From Octopus vulgaris (taxonomy: Eukaryota), in assembly GCA_951406725.2 (NCBI GenBank), contig OX597839.1:40486001-40550000 (forward strand): 64,000 nucleotides of DNA, written 5' to 3'. This document shows, in pieces, positions 13,020-27,251 of this stretch. Under the pieces are notes generated by a model. It did not search any database, was not told the origin of the DNA, and worked only from the letters and a program-made list of their open reading frames with translations. How positions within the stretch are numbered: the first letter of the stretch is position 1; each line of letters opens with the position of its first letter. Position numbers and translations under genes: made by a program.

Positions 13020-14655
13020 CGCGGTTTAACAGAAAGTTCCCGGGCTAGTTCTGTAGCGCACCAACAGATGACAGCACACAGTCGCATGTGCAGTGAGAGC
13101 TTGCAGGAACATTTATAAAACAGTGTATTGAGTGATATTGCTGTGTTTACTTTGCAAGTTGCAAAATTTATGATTTTATGATCATGTGTATGCTATAGTC
13201 TGCCATTTTGTCATAGGCCAACGTAACATTTTGCGATAAGTTTCTGAAGTCAACACAGAGAAATGAAGCATGCATCGGCAATCCTATGGCGACGGGACAA
13301 CGGGTCGTCTGCAATGTTTCCTGTGGCATGGGAGCTTCAAAAGCAGGGAAACATCCTTGGAAGTCGATGGGTGATCTGGAACACCTGCCACGGACGTTAC
13401 CCCCGGAAATGTGAAGAAATGACATCAGCTTGTGCATAAGGATCATCGGAGAGCAATCAACGATATTGCTGATGTTGTTGCACTGTCGTATGGGTCCGTG
13501 CAGGCAATCTTAATGTCTGCATTAAACATGCGGCATGCTTCTTATTTCTTTATTGCCCACAAGGGACAAAACATAGTGGGGACGAACAAGGACAGACAAA
13601 GGGATTAAATCGATTACATCGACCCCATTGCGTTACTGGTACTAAATTTATCGACCCCGAAAGGATGAAAGGCAAAGTCAATCTCGGCGGAATTTGAACT
13701 CAGAACGTAATGGCAGATGAAATACCTATTTCTTTACTACCCACAAGGGGCTAAACACAGAGAGGACAAACAAGGACAGACAATCGGATTTAGTCAGTTA
13801 TATCGACTCCAGTGCGTAACTGGTACTTATTTAATCGACCCCGAAAGAATGAAAGGCAAAATCGACCTCGGTGGAATTTGAACTCACGACGTAACGGCAG
13901 ATGAAGTACCGCTATGCATTTCACCCGGATGTTAACGTTTCTGCCAGCTAGCGGTATGCTTCTGCTAAGTATTTTTTCCTTCCTGTTGACCACTGAGTAG
14001 AAAAATCGTCGCGTCGAAATCTATCAAAATCTCCGTCAGCATGCCGCTGGTGACCCACCCTTCATGTCGAGGATCATCGCCGGAGACGAGAGTTGAGTTT
14101 ACGGCTGCGAGCCTGAGACGAAGCACCAGTCATTACAATGGAAGACCCTTTCTTCTCCACGACGGAAAGAGACACGACAGAGCCGCAGCTCAATTAAGAG
14201 TATTGTGCTTCGGGAATTCGTTCCCAAGTGCCAGATTGTCACTCGAGAGTTCTGCTGTAACGTTCTGGAGCGTTTAAGGTAAGACATCCAGCTAATGCGA
14301 CTGGATCTGTGGGGCGCAAAGAATTGGGTTCTTCCCGACGACACTGCACCCTCTCGCCGAGCCCTCCTCCCTCGTAAGTTTCTCGACAAAAACAGCACGG
14401 TATGGGTTCCACACACGCCTTTATACGCCAGATTTAGCACCTACGGACTTCCATCTCTTCCCCAAGATGGAAATGCGGCTCAAGGGTCTCCGTTTTAACA
14501 CCTCTGTCGAAACGCCCTCGACATACTTACAGCAAACGATTTCCAGGCCGGATTCCAACAGTAGCAGGAACGCTGGAACTGGTGTATTGCTGCGCAAGGC
14601 AATTAATTTTGTATTAAGCATACCTAATCCGGCAACTTTGTGATACCATCTCGCA
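13018..14655 (+). mobile_element. Decayed mariner (DD34D) DNA transposon with transposase pseudogene, interrupted by a SINE
   Basis: Broken translations: RSGTPATDVTPGNVKK*HQLVHKDHRRAINDIADVVALSYGSVQAIL (HTH); RIIAGDES*VYGCEPETKHQSLQWKT (first D); NWVLPDDTAP; YTPDLAPTDFHLFPKME.RLKG. Imperfect TIRs AAAGTTCCCGGGCTAG / CTAATCCGGCAACTTT; lies in TA tracts. Confidence 0.92.
13543..13950 (-). mobile_element. SINE family A dimer inserted into the mariner, 13-bp TSD
   Basis: TSD GCGG(C/T)ATGCTTCT at 13530-13542 and 13951-13963; the transposase frame resumes after the insertion. Confidence 0.9.
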
Positions 14656-14709
14656 TGTATATATATATATATATAAAGTACCATATATGTTTGTGTGTAT
14701 AGTGCATAT

Positions 14710-14766
<57 letters not shown>

Positions 14767-14886
14767 CATAAACATACATATATACATATATATATATACG
14801 TATACATATATATATATATATACATGCATAAACATACATATATACATATATATACGTATACGTATATATATATATATATATATATT

Positions 14887-14923
<37 letters not shown>

Positions 14924-15040
14924 GACAGAGATAGAGAGATACATAGATAGATGGTCAAATAAGTATAACTAATCCGGGAACTACTTGATACCATCTCGTA
15001 TGATTATACATACAATTACCATATATATGTGTGTGTATAA

Positions 15041-15080
<40 letters not shown>

Positions 15081-15082
15081 AA

Positions 15083-15154
<72 letters not shown>

Positions 15155-15543
15155 TATGCAGCCTTCATTTTCTCTATAAATTGTTGGTTTCATACGTAAT
15201 CCGCTGATGTGACGTTGCGATATCCCACTTCAATTTGAAAACGATGACGGCTTATGGGGCTGGACGATGCGTGGAGGTGGTTGGGGAATTAAACAAGGCA
15301 GAAACGTTCCCCTGACAGGAAAAATAGCGGATTAATGACAACCGTTTTATGCAAGAGACAAACCAAATACAATGTGTGCGTATAAAAGTATACACGCATA
15401 TATATATATATATATATGTGAATGTGTGTATATGTGTACTTGGTGTTTGTGCACGTACGCACAGAGTGAGAGGAAAACGTATTCAATGTTCTGTACGCAA
15501 TGAAAGCTATGAATCCTTATTGTTATGTGAAATACAGAAACAG

Positions 15544-15562
15544 AATAATAATAATAATGATG

Positions 15563-15614
<52 letters not shown>

Positions 15615-15777
15615 GAAGAAGAAGAAGAAGGAGGAGGAGGAGGAGGAGGAGGAGGAGAAGAAGAAGAAGAAGAAGAAGAAGAAGAAGAAGAAGAAGAAGA
15701 AGGAGGAGGAATAGAAGAAGAAGAAGAAGAAGAAGAAGAAGAAGAAGAAGAAGAAGAAGAAGAATGATAATAATAAT
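15544..15777. repeat. Compound (TAA)n-(GAA)n-(GAG)n microsatellite
   Basis: Read directly from the sequence. Confidence 0.97.
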
Positions 15778-15917
15778 TTCTTTTATACGCCACAGGGGCA
15801 TATATGAGGGGGAATCACAAGGACAGACATCAATTTGTGTGAGAATTTACACAAAGGATGGGGAGAAAGAAATGGTGAATGCAGTAAAAGTATAAATATT
15901 AATAATAATAATAATAA

Positions 15918-16600
15918 TTTCGGAGATGTACTTGCACAGCAAGTGACTTGATCGGAGATCGTGTGCTGGAACGAATACAATTGCAGCGTTGAAGGTGTTT
16001 ATAAGCCATTTCAGAAACACACAAAAACCGTTAGATTCGCTTCAACATTTAACTCTCTTTTACTCTTTTACTCTTTTACTTGTTTCAGTCATTTGACTGC
16101 GCCCATGCTGGAGCACCGCCTTTAGTCGAACAAATCGACCCCGGGACTTGTAAACCCAGTACTTATTCTATCGGTTTCTTTTGCCGAACCGCTAAGTGAC
16201 GGGGACGTAAACACACCAGCATCGGTTGTCAAGCAATGCTAGGGAGACAAACATATAGATCTCTATTTCTAAACGTAATTCTTATTCTTCTCGTTCAGAG
16301 ACAAACATAGACACACAAACACATAGACACACAAACACATAGACACACATACATATATACGACAGGCTTCTTTCAGTTTCCGTCTACCAAATCCACTCAC
16401 AAGGCATTGGTCGGCCCGGGGCTATAGCAGAAGACACTTGCCCAAGATGCCACGCAGTGAGACTGAACCCGGAACTATGTGGTAGATTAGCAAGCTACTT
16501 ACCACACAGCCACTCCTGCGCCTATTTAAGTTTAATTTGTTAAAATATTTTCGTCGCTTTGAGACCGCGACCTGCTCACTGATAAAATTCAGTGCTACAT
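15918..16600 (-). mobile_element. Repeat family G (putative Penelope-derived, carrying a hammerhead variant), split by a SINE B
   Basis: Homologous to 26331-26518 and 16632-16675; hammerhead-like motif at about 16536-16586. Confidence 0.6.
16053..16522 (-). mobile_element. SINE family B nested in family G, TSD ATTTAA
   Basis: Full family B copy; ATTTAA at 16047-16052 and 16524-16529. Confidence 0.9.
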
Positions 16601-16864
16601 CACATCAAAGGATTATGTATGAAACCAAATAAAATTGAATTTAAATGTTGAAGTGAATCTTATGGTTTCTTAAACATTCTCTAGAACAACACTATGTACA
16701 AAACCAAATTGAAAAGTTTAATAAAGACTAAAGCAAAGGAAATCGATCGCAGAACTGTTACTTTTTCTATCTACCTGTTTTGCAGACCTTCTAACTGAAA
16801 TCAACGTAAACAAGCCAACACTGGTTTTCAACTGGTGGTGGGTGGGACGACAAACGGTTACAAA

Positions 16865-17095
16865 GGCGGCGAGCTGGCAGAAACGTTAGCACGCCGGATG
16901 AAATGCTTAGCGGTATTTCGTCTGTCGTTACGTTGTGAGTTCAAATTCCGCCGAGGTCGACTTTGCCTTTCATCCTTTCGGGGTCGATAAATTAAGTACC
17001 AGTTACGCTCTGGGGTCGATATAATCGACTTAATACCTATGTCTGTCCTTGTTTGTCCCCTCTATGTTTAGCCCCTTGTGGGTAATAAAGAAATA
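16865..17095 (+). mobile_element. SINE family A, full-length monomer with TSD
   Basis: TSD GGTTACAAAGG at 16856-16866 and 17096-17106. Confidence 0.92.
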
Positions 17096-17423
17096 GGTTA
17101 CAAAGGGGTGCAAAGCATGGATGCAGCACAACGATTGGAGCAAAGAAAAGATAAATGATAAAACCACACATTTATAGCTCATGATATTTTACGAATATCT
17201 CACTGTTATATATATATATCCCCATACACAATATCACACATTAATACGATACAGATACCTTATAAAAATAGCATGCTGAACTTCACATATATTCCTGCTC
17301 TTAATACCCATGGAAAAACGTCAACTCGCAATCACAATTACGCATGCGTAGATATGGGATTATCGCACATTTATGCGAATATGTCTGTGTGTGTGTTTCT
17401 GTGTGCGTGCGTATGCATGTATA

Positions 17424-17497
<74 letters not shown>

Positions 17498-17563
17498 TAT
17501 ATGTGTGCGTGTGTGTGTATATGTGTGTGAATATATGTATATATACATGTATGTGTATATGTG

Positions 17564-17634
<71 letters not shown>

Positions 17635-18406
17635 GCCTGCATAATTATTCATGAACAATGTAAAACGTGACAAAGAAAAGCTGAGGAAACTTATCGGTAA
17701 AAAAACGGAAAAAAAAGATGGCAGCCAGAGATTAGTATTTTCGCGGAGGGCGGGAAAAAGATGGGATTTCCGTACAGTATATGATATTTTTATTTCATAT
17801 TCTCGTTTGTGTTATTTCTCTTCATGATGCCACTTTTGTTGTTGAATAATATTTCTGGGATTTTTTTTTTCATTTGTGTATTTATAATTTTTGTCTCCTT
17901 ATATTTATTATTTTTTTTTTGGCGTCCATTACACCCAATAATATTTAGCAAAAATGTAATCCATTAGAACTATAAGCCATCAATCCATTAGCGTATCCAT
18001 TAAAATGATAGAATTAACGTAATGGATTTCGTGCGAGTATCTCGAAGAGAATTATAATATTTTGTTAAATAGAAAATATATATATATAAAGAAAAGCAAA
18101 AAATGTTATCAAAAAAGCAAGAATAAAAATGGCGGAAAGTTGTGCGCATCCCGAAATTTCGAGTAATTCTTTTAAAATATTAATATATCTGTGATATGTG
18201 CTTCTGCATATCATATTATTTCCCCCACGCCACCCTTAAGTTATTTGGTTTGTAAGTGCAAAACACAAGTGGCCGTTGTGCTGTTCGGGAATCCCAGCTT
18301 AAATATTAAAGCACATTCGTATTTCAGGAAAGACGTGTGAAAACGCTACAATGATACGGTTGTAATGTTCAGTTGGAAGCGTTCGGATATATGGGTATAT
18401 GTATGC

Positions 18407-18456
<50 letters not shown>

Positions 18457-18527
18457 ATGTGTGTGAGTGTTTGTATGTTTCTGTGTATATTTGTGTATGT
18501 GCGTGTATGTGTGTATATATATATTTC

Positions 18528-18559
<32 letters not shown>

Positions 18560-18596
18560 ACATATATATGTATATATATTTCGTCTATATGTGTAT

Positions 18597-18665
<69 letters not shown>

Positions 18666-18825
18666 TACATATAAGCATATAATATGTAGAGACTGAGAGA
18701 CAGGCTGGAGATGGGGAGATAGATCGCTTGATGTATATATACATATACATTATATATGCATGTACACATTATGTATCAATTATACATATAAATACGATAC
18801 TATATATAACTATAAATGTATATAA

Positions 18826-18934
<109 letters not shown>

Positions 18935-19438
18935 TTTGTATATATATATATGCACATATACATACACATACACAAATATGCATTTATTTATATCGAAAGA
19001 CAAAAAGCAAGAGAGAAACTGACAGCTTTGATTACTGTCGTAGCAACAAAAATATTTGTCCAACACGAATTTGTGTTGCTAGTTTTAAGATTTATATATG
19101 TTAATTTATTAATTTATGCATGGCGAACAGAGGTCATCACCCTGAAATGCGGTTTTGTTCATCGGTTCACCGTGCATATTGGTTTCGTAATAATAAGATT
19201 TGTTGAGGTAGTATGATCGGTGATTTAATATTTGCTTGTCGTTTGTCATTAATTATGCATTAGAGTTGTGTCTTCATTGCAATTCTCAGGAAAATATTGG
19301 GACAACATTCAGCCAAAGAATATCACATTACTTCCATCTTTGTTTCTTAATTACTACACAAAAATGTGTCGATAATTTCTAACTTCTCTCCGAGGCAGAC
19401 GCGTCACGTGATTTCGAATCCTTTCTGAAATCACTATA

Positions 19439-19603
19439 GGCGCAGGAGTGGCTGTGTGGTAAGTAGCTTGTCTACAAACCACATGGTTCCGGGTTCAGTC
19501 TCACTGTGTGGCCACTTGGGCAAGTGTTTTCTACTATAGCCTCGGGCCGACCAAAGCCTTGTGAGTGGATTTGGTAGACGGAAACTGAAAGAAGCCTGTC
19601 GTA

Positions 19604-19658
<55 letters not shown>

Positions 19659-19874
19659 TTGTTTGTGTGTCTGTGTTTGTCCCCCTAGCATTGCTTGACA
19701 ACCGATGCTGGTGTGTTTATGTCCCCGTTACTTAGCGGTTCGGCAAAAGAGACCGATAGAATAAGTACTGGGCTTACAAAAAGAATAAGTCCCGGGGTCG
19801 ATTTGCTCGACTAAAGGCGGTGCTCCAGCATGGCCGCAGTCAAATGACTGAAACAAGTAAAGAGTAAAAAGAGT
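19439..19874 (+). mobile_element. SINE family B, full length
   Basis: Head GGCGCAGGAGTGGCTGTGTGGTAAG, CORE-like CTTGGGCAAGTG and tail AAGTAAAAGAGTAAAAAGAG. Confidence 0.92.
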
Positions 19875-20141
19875 CCGTTTCACTCTTATCTATTCGATGT
19901 TTATGATCTCCTTTCAATCTCTCAACTTTGAAATGTGCTTTGAAAGTCTCTTAAATATTTCCAGCTAACGACAACGGAATGAATGACACATGATGAGATG
20001 ATCTGCAAGCTTTATGCTGTTCATTAATGAGTTGCCATTAGAAACACCAGTCGAATATACAACACCTTCTCTAAATATTTAATCATATTTGAGATTTAGT
20101 ACAACGCGCTGCTTCCATAATTACATGTTGCTCGTCTTCAA

Positions 20142-20192
<51 letters not shown>

Positions 20193-20367
20193 ATCAAACT
20201 AAGCAATAAGAATATCCAGAGGTAATGCAGTACGATCGTTTCATGCGACTCCATTTAATTGTACATTCCTTGTTGCTTATTTTGATTGTAATCACTCCAT
20301 TTTGAATTATATGGATAATACCTTACTAAATTCTGGTGCCTTTAACTTAAGTACGATTTTCATCGGA

Positions 20368-20426
<59 letters not shown>

Positions 20427-20446
20427 GGTCTCTCTCTCCCTCTCTC

Positions 20447-20514
<68 letters not shown>

Positions 20515-20537
20515 TGGTCTTTCAAAATGTGACCGCG

Positions 20538-20727
20538 TGTGTACCGTTGGCGATTTTTTTCCCTCTGTCTTTCCTTCTCTGGATCTTTCCTTCTCCTATG
20601 TTTCCGACGATGAGCTCCGCCCGGAACGTTAAACCCTCCTTCTTTCCTGAGACTCCAATAATACTATATTTGTTCCACGTCCTCGCGTTGTTGTGTTTTT
20701 TTTTGTGCTTTCTTGTTTGGATTAATT
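20538..20727 (+). repeat. Repeat family E, degenerate hammerhead-bearing copy
   Basis: Collinear with 33214-33392; core reads CCGACGATGAGCTCCGCCCGGAACGTTAAAC. Confidence 0.75.
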
Positions 20728-20754
20728 TACATATATATATATATATAAATTTAA

Positions 20755-21390
20755 AATAACAAGAGTGAAAAATTGAATATTAATTTGACTAATATTAATT
20801 CAAAACCACTTGTCTGGCATATTGAAAAATCTGAATGTTCAGAAAAAATTATATTACATACAAGAGGGATGACCACTAAGTGGACATCCATTATGCAAGA
20901 AGTAGAACCTCTTTGGTCTTACCACTAAGAAAGGATTGTTCTGAAGAAAATTTAGCAAACGCCAGAACATAAGCGAGCAAGACAAATGAAAAGATACAAA
21001 ATATAAAACGAAACCGAGTTTGTGATTAATCTTTATATTTTGTATCTTTTCATTTATCTTGTATTCATTAGGACGGTCACACCGAAGATCTACGGACATT
21101 TACGTAATATGTTAATAGTGAAACATGTATGTTAATAATACATATTATTATTGCTTTTCTTCTGTCTTGCCCGATTACGTTCTGGTGTTTGCAAAAATTT
21201 TCTTGAGAACAACTCTTAGTGGTAAGACCATAGCAGATCTACTTTTAGCATAAGTGTTGTCCACATAGTGGTCATCTCTCTCATATATATATAATAACAT
21301 TTTACTGAACTTTCAGACTTTTATATGCTAGACCACTGGTGTGAAATTGATGTTAGTTAAATTAATATGAAATTTCTCCCCCTCGTTTTA
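20755..21390. mobile_element. Element with ~180-bp imperfect terminal inverted repeats
   Basis: 20755-20935 (…GATGACCACTAAGTGGACA…TGGTCTTACCACTAAGA) pairs with 21212-21390 (TCTTAGTGGTAAGACCA…TGTCCACATAGTGGTCATC…). A related arm lies at about 2035-2195. Confidence 0.6.
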
Positions 21391-21719
21391 AACACATATG
21401 CATATGTATATATTATTTATGTTATTACCGAATACTTTTGTTGATTATATTTATTACATTTTTACCAAATGAAAGGCCATAATAACTTTGTACCCAAGTG
21501 TAGCAGTCTGATGACGTCTATCAGGCCGAAAATTCGAAGTTAGTCACCCTTCTTCAAAGAGTTTTATATATACATACATATATATGCATATAGAGATGAA
21601 AGGGGTAAACGTTTTTATTTTCTCTATCAATTTCAGAATTACAACTATTAGCGGTTTGAGTTTGGCTGCACTTTCTAGTGAGTCGAATGGCCTATTATGA
21701 CCATTCCTTATATTGTTGA

Positions 21720-21773
<54 letters not shown>

Positions 21774-21814
21774 ATATATATATATATATATGTATATACA
21801 TATATGTACATATT

Positions 21815-21869
<55 letters not shown>

Positions 21870-22401
21870 GTATGTATGTATATACGTATGTATGTATGTA
21901 CGTATGTATGTACATATGTATATATATCTAGACACACGCGCATAGTTCAATAGTATGAGATAACAGTGCAGAGATTCAAAGAGTTTCAAAAATTAAATCG
22001 TACAAATTCATAAAATTTTGTTTTGATCTTATTCATCATTAACGCACACACAAATCTAGAAATACTATAACAACTGTGACACAGACATATACACAAACAC
22101 ACACACACACACACACACACACCTACACACGCCTACACACACTCTCTCTTCCTTACACAAGTACGTATTGCTATAACTACTGCATATATAAAACTACATT
22201 CTTGAGATATGGGCGTGTGTACGTTTGTATGTGTGTCGCAGCGTGCCTGTATGTGTATATGCGTAGAAACTGTTTATGCTTATGTATGATTAAACATATA
22301 TATATATATGTATTAAACATATATATCTATATATATATATATGTCATACAACAGTTAGACACACATATATACATACGTGTATGTATGTATATACATATAC
22401 A

Positions 22402-22437
<36 letters not shown>

Positions 22438-22695
22438 TGTATGTATATATATATATATATATACAGAGAGAGAGAGAGAGGGAGAGAGAGAGTCATATGC
22501 ACAAACGGTAATGCGTTTGTTTTTCTGTTGCATATATATATACATATGCATGTATATATATTCATTAATATACACACATATATATATACACATACACATA
22601 TATACATGTATATATATGTGTGTGTATATTAATGAATATATATATATATATATACATATGTATATATACACATACATATATATATACACACACTC

Positions 22696-22726
<31 letters not shown>

Positions 22727-23599
22727 TGTATGTATGTATGTATGTATGTATGTATGTATGTATGTATGTATGTATGAATGTGTTTATGCATGTATGAATG
22801 TTTGTATGCATATATGTATGCATGTATGTATACGTACTATATTCCCAGTTTTGCTTTTGCATATCTCAGTATCTCGATTTCATCTCACACAATTCCTTTT
22901 CTAATATGAAAGAAAAAATCTAACCCATTGTTGCTAAATGGTAAAAAGGAAGGGCTAATTGTTTTAATGAATGATGAAGGAAGAGGCATGGGTTTGGCGC
23001 TGGAAGATTCCAGCTTTGCAAAAGGCATTCATGGAATTCTAGCTCTGTATTCTAAACAATGGTAGCACCATTATATGTTTGTCTTTCTAAATGGACACTT
23101 AAAATTCCTCATTAAATTCTATCGTATATTTTATGATATTTGAAATATTTTTGTTTGATTTTTTTTTTTGTTTCGTAGTAAATTACTTCTTATTTATTTA
23201 ATTACATTTTTATTTTAATTTTTGATCATTTCTCCCCATATGTATGTGTGTGTGTATGTGTGTGTGAGTTTGGTGAGCACTTCCACTCTACTAAACATCA
23301 TCGGTACCACAGCAGCAATAAAATAAAAAATAATATTAAACCACAATGCCATACTAAACGCCATCCTATCCGCCACCGGTACCAGCCCATGATCACCGCC
23401 ACCAGCACCACCAGTACCACTGATACGATTATGAAGGCGGTGAAGTCGACACCGTAGCCTAACTACAACAAACCCGATACCACTATCTACACATTACAAA
23501 CCAAACAACCCCAATTACCAAAGTTTTATTCCTTACAACAATGGAAGAGTTGTGATCGCTGCGATAAAATGGAGGATAAATGATGATAAAGATAATGGT

Positions 23600-24830
23600 A
23601 ACGGTGGTGGTGGTTGTGGTGGTGGTGGTTGTAGTGATAATGGTGGAGATAGTTGTGGTTGTTGTGGTGGTGGTAGTGGTGGTGGTAGTGATAGTGCTGG
23701 AGGTAGTTGTTGTTGTGTTAGTGGTAGTTGTTGTTGTAGTAATGTCAGTGGTATCTGTGGTGGTGATAATGGGGATGATGGTGGTTGTGGTAGTGGTGGT
23801 GGTTGTAGTGGTAGTGGTAGTGGTGGTGTTTGTAGTGGTGGGGATAGCGATGGTTGTGGTGGAGGTAGTTGTTGTGGTTGTGGTGGTGGTGGTGGTGGTG
23901 GTGGTGGTAGTGATAGTGGTGGAGGTAGTTGTTGTGGTAGTGGTGTTAGTGGTATCTGTGATGGTGGTAGTAATAGTGGTGGAGGTAGTTGTTGTGGTAG
24001 TGGTTGTGGTATCTGTGGTGGGTGGTGTGGTAGTGATAGTGCTAGAGGTAGTTGTTGTGGCAGTGGTTGTAGTATCTGTGGTGGTGGCGTTGGTAGTGAT
24101 AGTGGTAGAGATAGTTGTTGTTGGGGTAGTGGTCGTGGTATCTGTGGTGGTGGTGGTTGGTGTCGTGGTGCTGAATTTAACTGTAGTGTTGGTGGCATCG
24201 ATAATTATGGTGGTGGTGATGGTGGTGCTGATGGAGGTGGTGAGGGTGATGATGATGGTATCGGTTGAATTGGTAAAATCGATGCCATTAATGGTGGAGG
24301 TTACGGTGACGGAGTTGATGGCGGTAGTAATAGTAGTAGGTGGAATAGTGGTGGTTGTGGTGATGGTTGTGGTGGCGGTACTTGTGGTAGTGGTTTTGCT
24401 AGTTGTAGTAGTTATTGTGGGGGTGGGGGTGGTAGGTTGATAATGGGGATGATGGTGGTTGTGGTAGTCGTGGTGGTAGTAGTAGTGGTAGTGGTGGTGT
24501 TTGTAGTGGTGGGATAGCGATGGTTGTGGCAGTTGTGGTAATGGTGATGATGGTGGTGGTGGTAGTGGTGGTGGTTGTTGTAGTGATTGTGTGGGTGGTG
24601 GTGGTAGGGTGATAATAGTGATGATGGTGGTGGTGATAGTGGTGGTTTTAGTGGTAGTGATAGCGATGGTTGTGGCAGTGAGGGTAATGATGGTGATGGT
24701 ATTTGTGGTAGTGGTGGTTGTTGTACAGGTAGTGATGGTGGCATTCGAAGTGGTGGATTGAATCGGTGGTTGTGATGGTAGCTGTGAGGATGATGATGAT
24801 GATGATGATACCAGTGATGGTGTTGTTGGT
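23600..24830. repeat. Degenerate (GGT/GTT/GTA)n low-complexity tract with a cryptic ~60-bp periodicity
   Basis: Recurrent units GTAGTGATAGTGGTGGAGGTAGTTGTTGTGG and GGTATCTGTG. Confidence 0.9.
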
Positions 24831-24879
24831 GATGGCGATAAACATAATGGCGATGACAACGACGAAAAACCAGATATCG

Positions 24880-25392
24880 GTGTGTGTGTAGGAGGCGTGA
24901 GTGTATATGTGTGTGCGTGTGAATGTGTATGTGTGAGCGCGTTTGTGTGTGTGCGTGTGGGTGTGGCATGTGTGTATATATGCGTGGATGTGCGTGCGTG
25001 TGTAGGTGTGTGGGTGTGTGCATGTGCAGGTGTGTGCAGGTGTGTGCATGTGTGTGCGAGGGTGTATAGGTGTGTGTGTATGTGCATGTGTGCATGCGTG
25101 TGTTATGTATGCGTGAATGTACGTGCGTGTGTATGTGTGCATGTGTAAGTGTGTGAGTGTGCGTGTATGTATGCGTGGATGTGCGTGCGTGTGTAGGTGC
25201 GTGTGTGTGTGTGCATGTGCAGGTGTGTGCATGTGTGTGTGTGGGTGTATAGGTGTGTGTGTGTGCATGTGTGCATGCGTGTGTTAGGTATGCGTGAATG
25301 TACGTGCGTGTGTATGTGTGCATGTATAAGTGTGTGTGTGTGTGCATGTGTGTGAGTGCATGTAGTAAGTGTGTGTGTGTGTGCATGTGTGT
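24880..25392. repeat. Degenerate (GT)n/(GCAT) satellite-like tract with internal duplications
   Basis: Repeated blocks ATGCGTGGATGTGCGTGCGTGTGTAGGTG and TATGCGTGAATGTACGTGCGTGTG. Confidence 0.9.
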
Positions 25393-25831
25393 GATTGAGG
25401 TGTTAAATAATGAAAGAAGTTCAGTGAAGATAACGATGACGATAACGAAGATATGAGATTCGTCGAATCTAATTAATCATTTCAAGTTATAAGCAACACT
25501 AATTAATACTGTGTGTGGGTGTGTGTGTGTGTTTCTGTTCGTAATTGCGGAAGCGGGGGGGGGGGCATCGATTCAGTTTCTAGCTTCTCTGAGTTGTGTC
25601 TGTGAGTGTACAAGATCTTCAAGTAAGTTACAGCTCGTAGCTTCCTGAAGAGCAGCCACAGGCGAAACTTAGAGCATCAAGAGACGGATTCGGTCAAAGT
25701 AAGATATTGCTAAGCTCTAGTATGGTATTCAGCACAAATTTTTGCCGACAGCAGATACTAAACGGACACTAAATGCGTCTTCATCACGGCATTTAGTGTC
25801 ACGACAGTATTTAGTGCACAGGTACACGGAC

Positions 25832-25899
<68 letters not shown>

Positions 25900-26300
25900 C
25901 AAAATATTAAGGAATGACCCTGAGAAGGTCGTTCGACTCACTTGAAAAGAGCAGCTAAAACTCAAAACCGCAAAAAATAGTAATTCTGAAACTAGAGGAA
26001 AATAAAAAACATTTATCCCCTTCAAACTTTGTACCCTGCAAGGTTTCAACATCTTCACGCAATCAAATTTAATTAAATTAATTTAAATCCGTTTACGCTT
26101 GGCTTGTCTCGTCAGCAAAGTCACCAAAATAGGAGGCAGATATATATACACAAGGCTACACCATCTAAGCCTCGGGTCTATATATCGTAAATTTTCGAAT
26201 TCACCGTAATCGCGCCATCTACTCCGCAGCAAATATAAGCTGCTGATACAAATTTCAGAATTAGTCAAAAATTCATTAATCAATCAATATATATATTGAT

Positions 26301-26330
<30 letters not shown>

Positions 26331-26334
<4 letters not shown>

Positions 26335-26457
26335 GCAGCGTGGAAGGTGTTTATAAGCCATTTAAGAAACACACAAAAGCCGTTCGATTGTTGAAGTGAA
26401 TCGAACGGCTTTTGTGTGTTTCTTAAATGGCTTATAAACACCTTCCACGCTGCAATT
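26331..26457. repeat. Perfect 59-bp inverted repeat with a 9-nt spacer (family G inversion)
   Basis: 26331-26389 is the exact reverse complement of 26399-26457. Confidence 0.95.
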
Positions 26458-26515
26458 GTTTTCGTTTCAGCACACGATTTCAGATCAAATTACTTGCTAT
26501 GCGAGTACATCTCCG

Positions 26516-27048
<533 letters not shown>

Positions 27049-27187
27049 TTTCAGTTTCTGTATATCAAATCCACTCACAAGGCTTTGTTCGGCCCGAGGC
27101 CGTGGGAGTGAACACGGGACCTTGTGTTTGGTATGCAAGCTATTTACCAACCGCCACTCTTGCGCTTTTGTATGTATATATATGTAT

Positions 27188-27251
<64 letters not shown>

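Noticed and set aside
21505-21550. CTGATGA…GGCCGAAA hammerhead-like motif
   Set aside because: Stem II is mismatched and no stem I or stem III partner was found.
23483-25087. 534-aa Thr-rich mucin-like ORF and overlapping Gly/Cys-, Val- and Pro-rich ORFs
   Set aside because: Several frames on both strands are open because the GGT/ACC repeat lacks stops. There is no signal peptide, domain or clear splice boundary.
25640-25725. CTGAAGA…GCC-ACA-GGC-GAAAC hammerhead-like motif
   Set aside because: Core and a short stem II are present, but no convincing stem I could be drawn, so it is not called.
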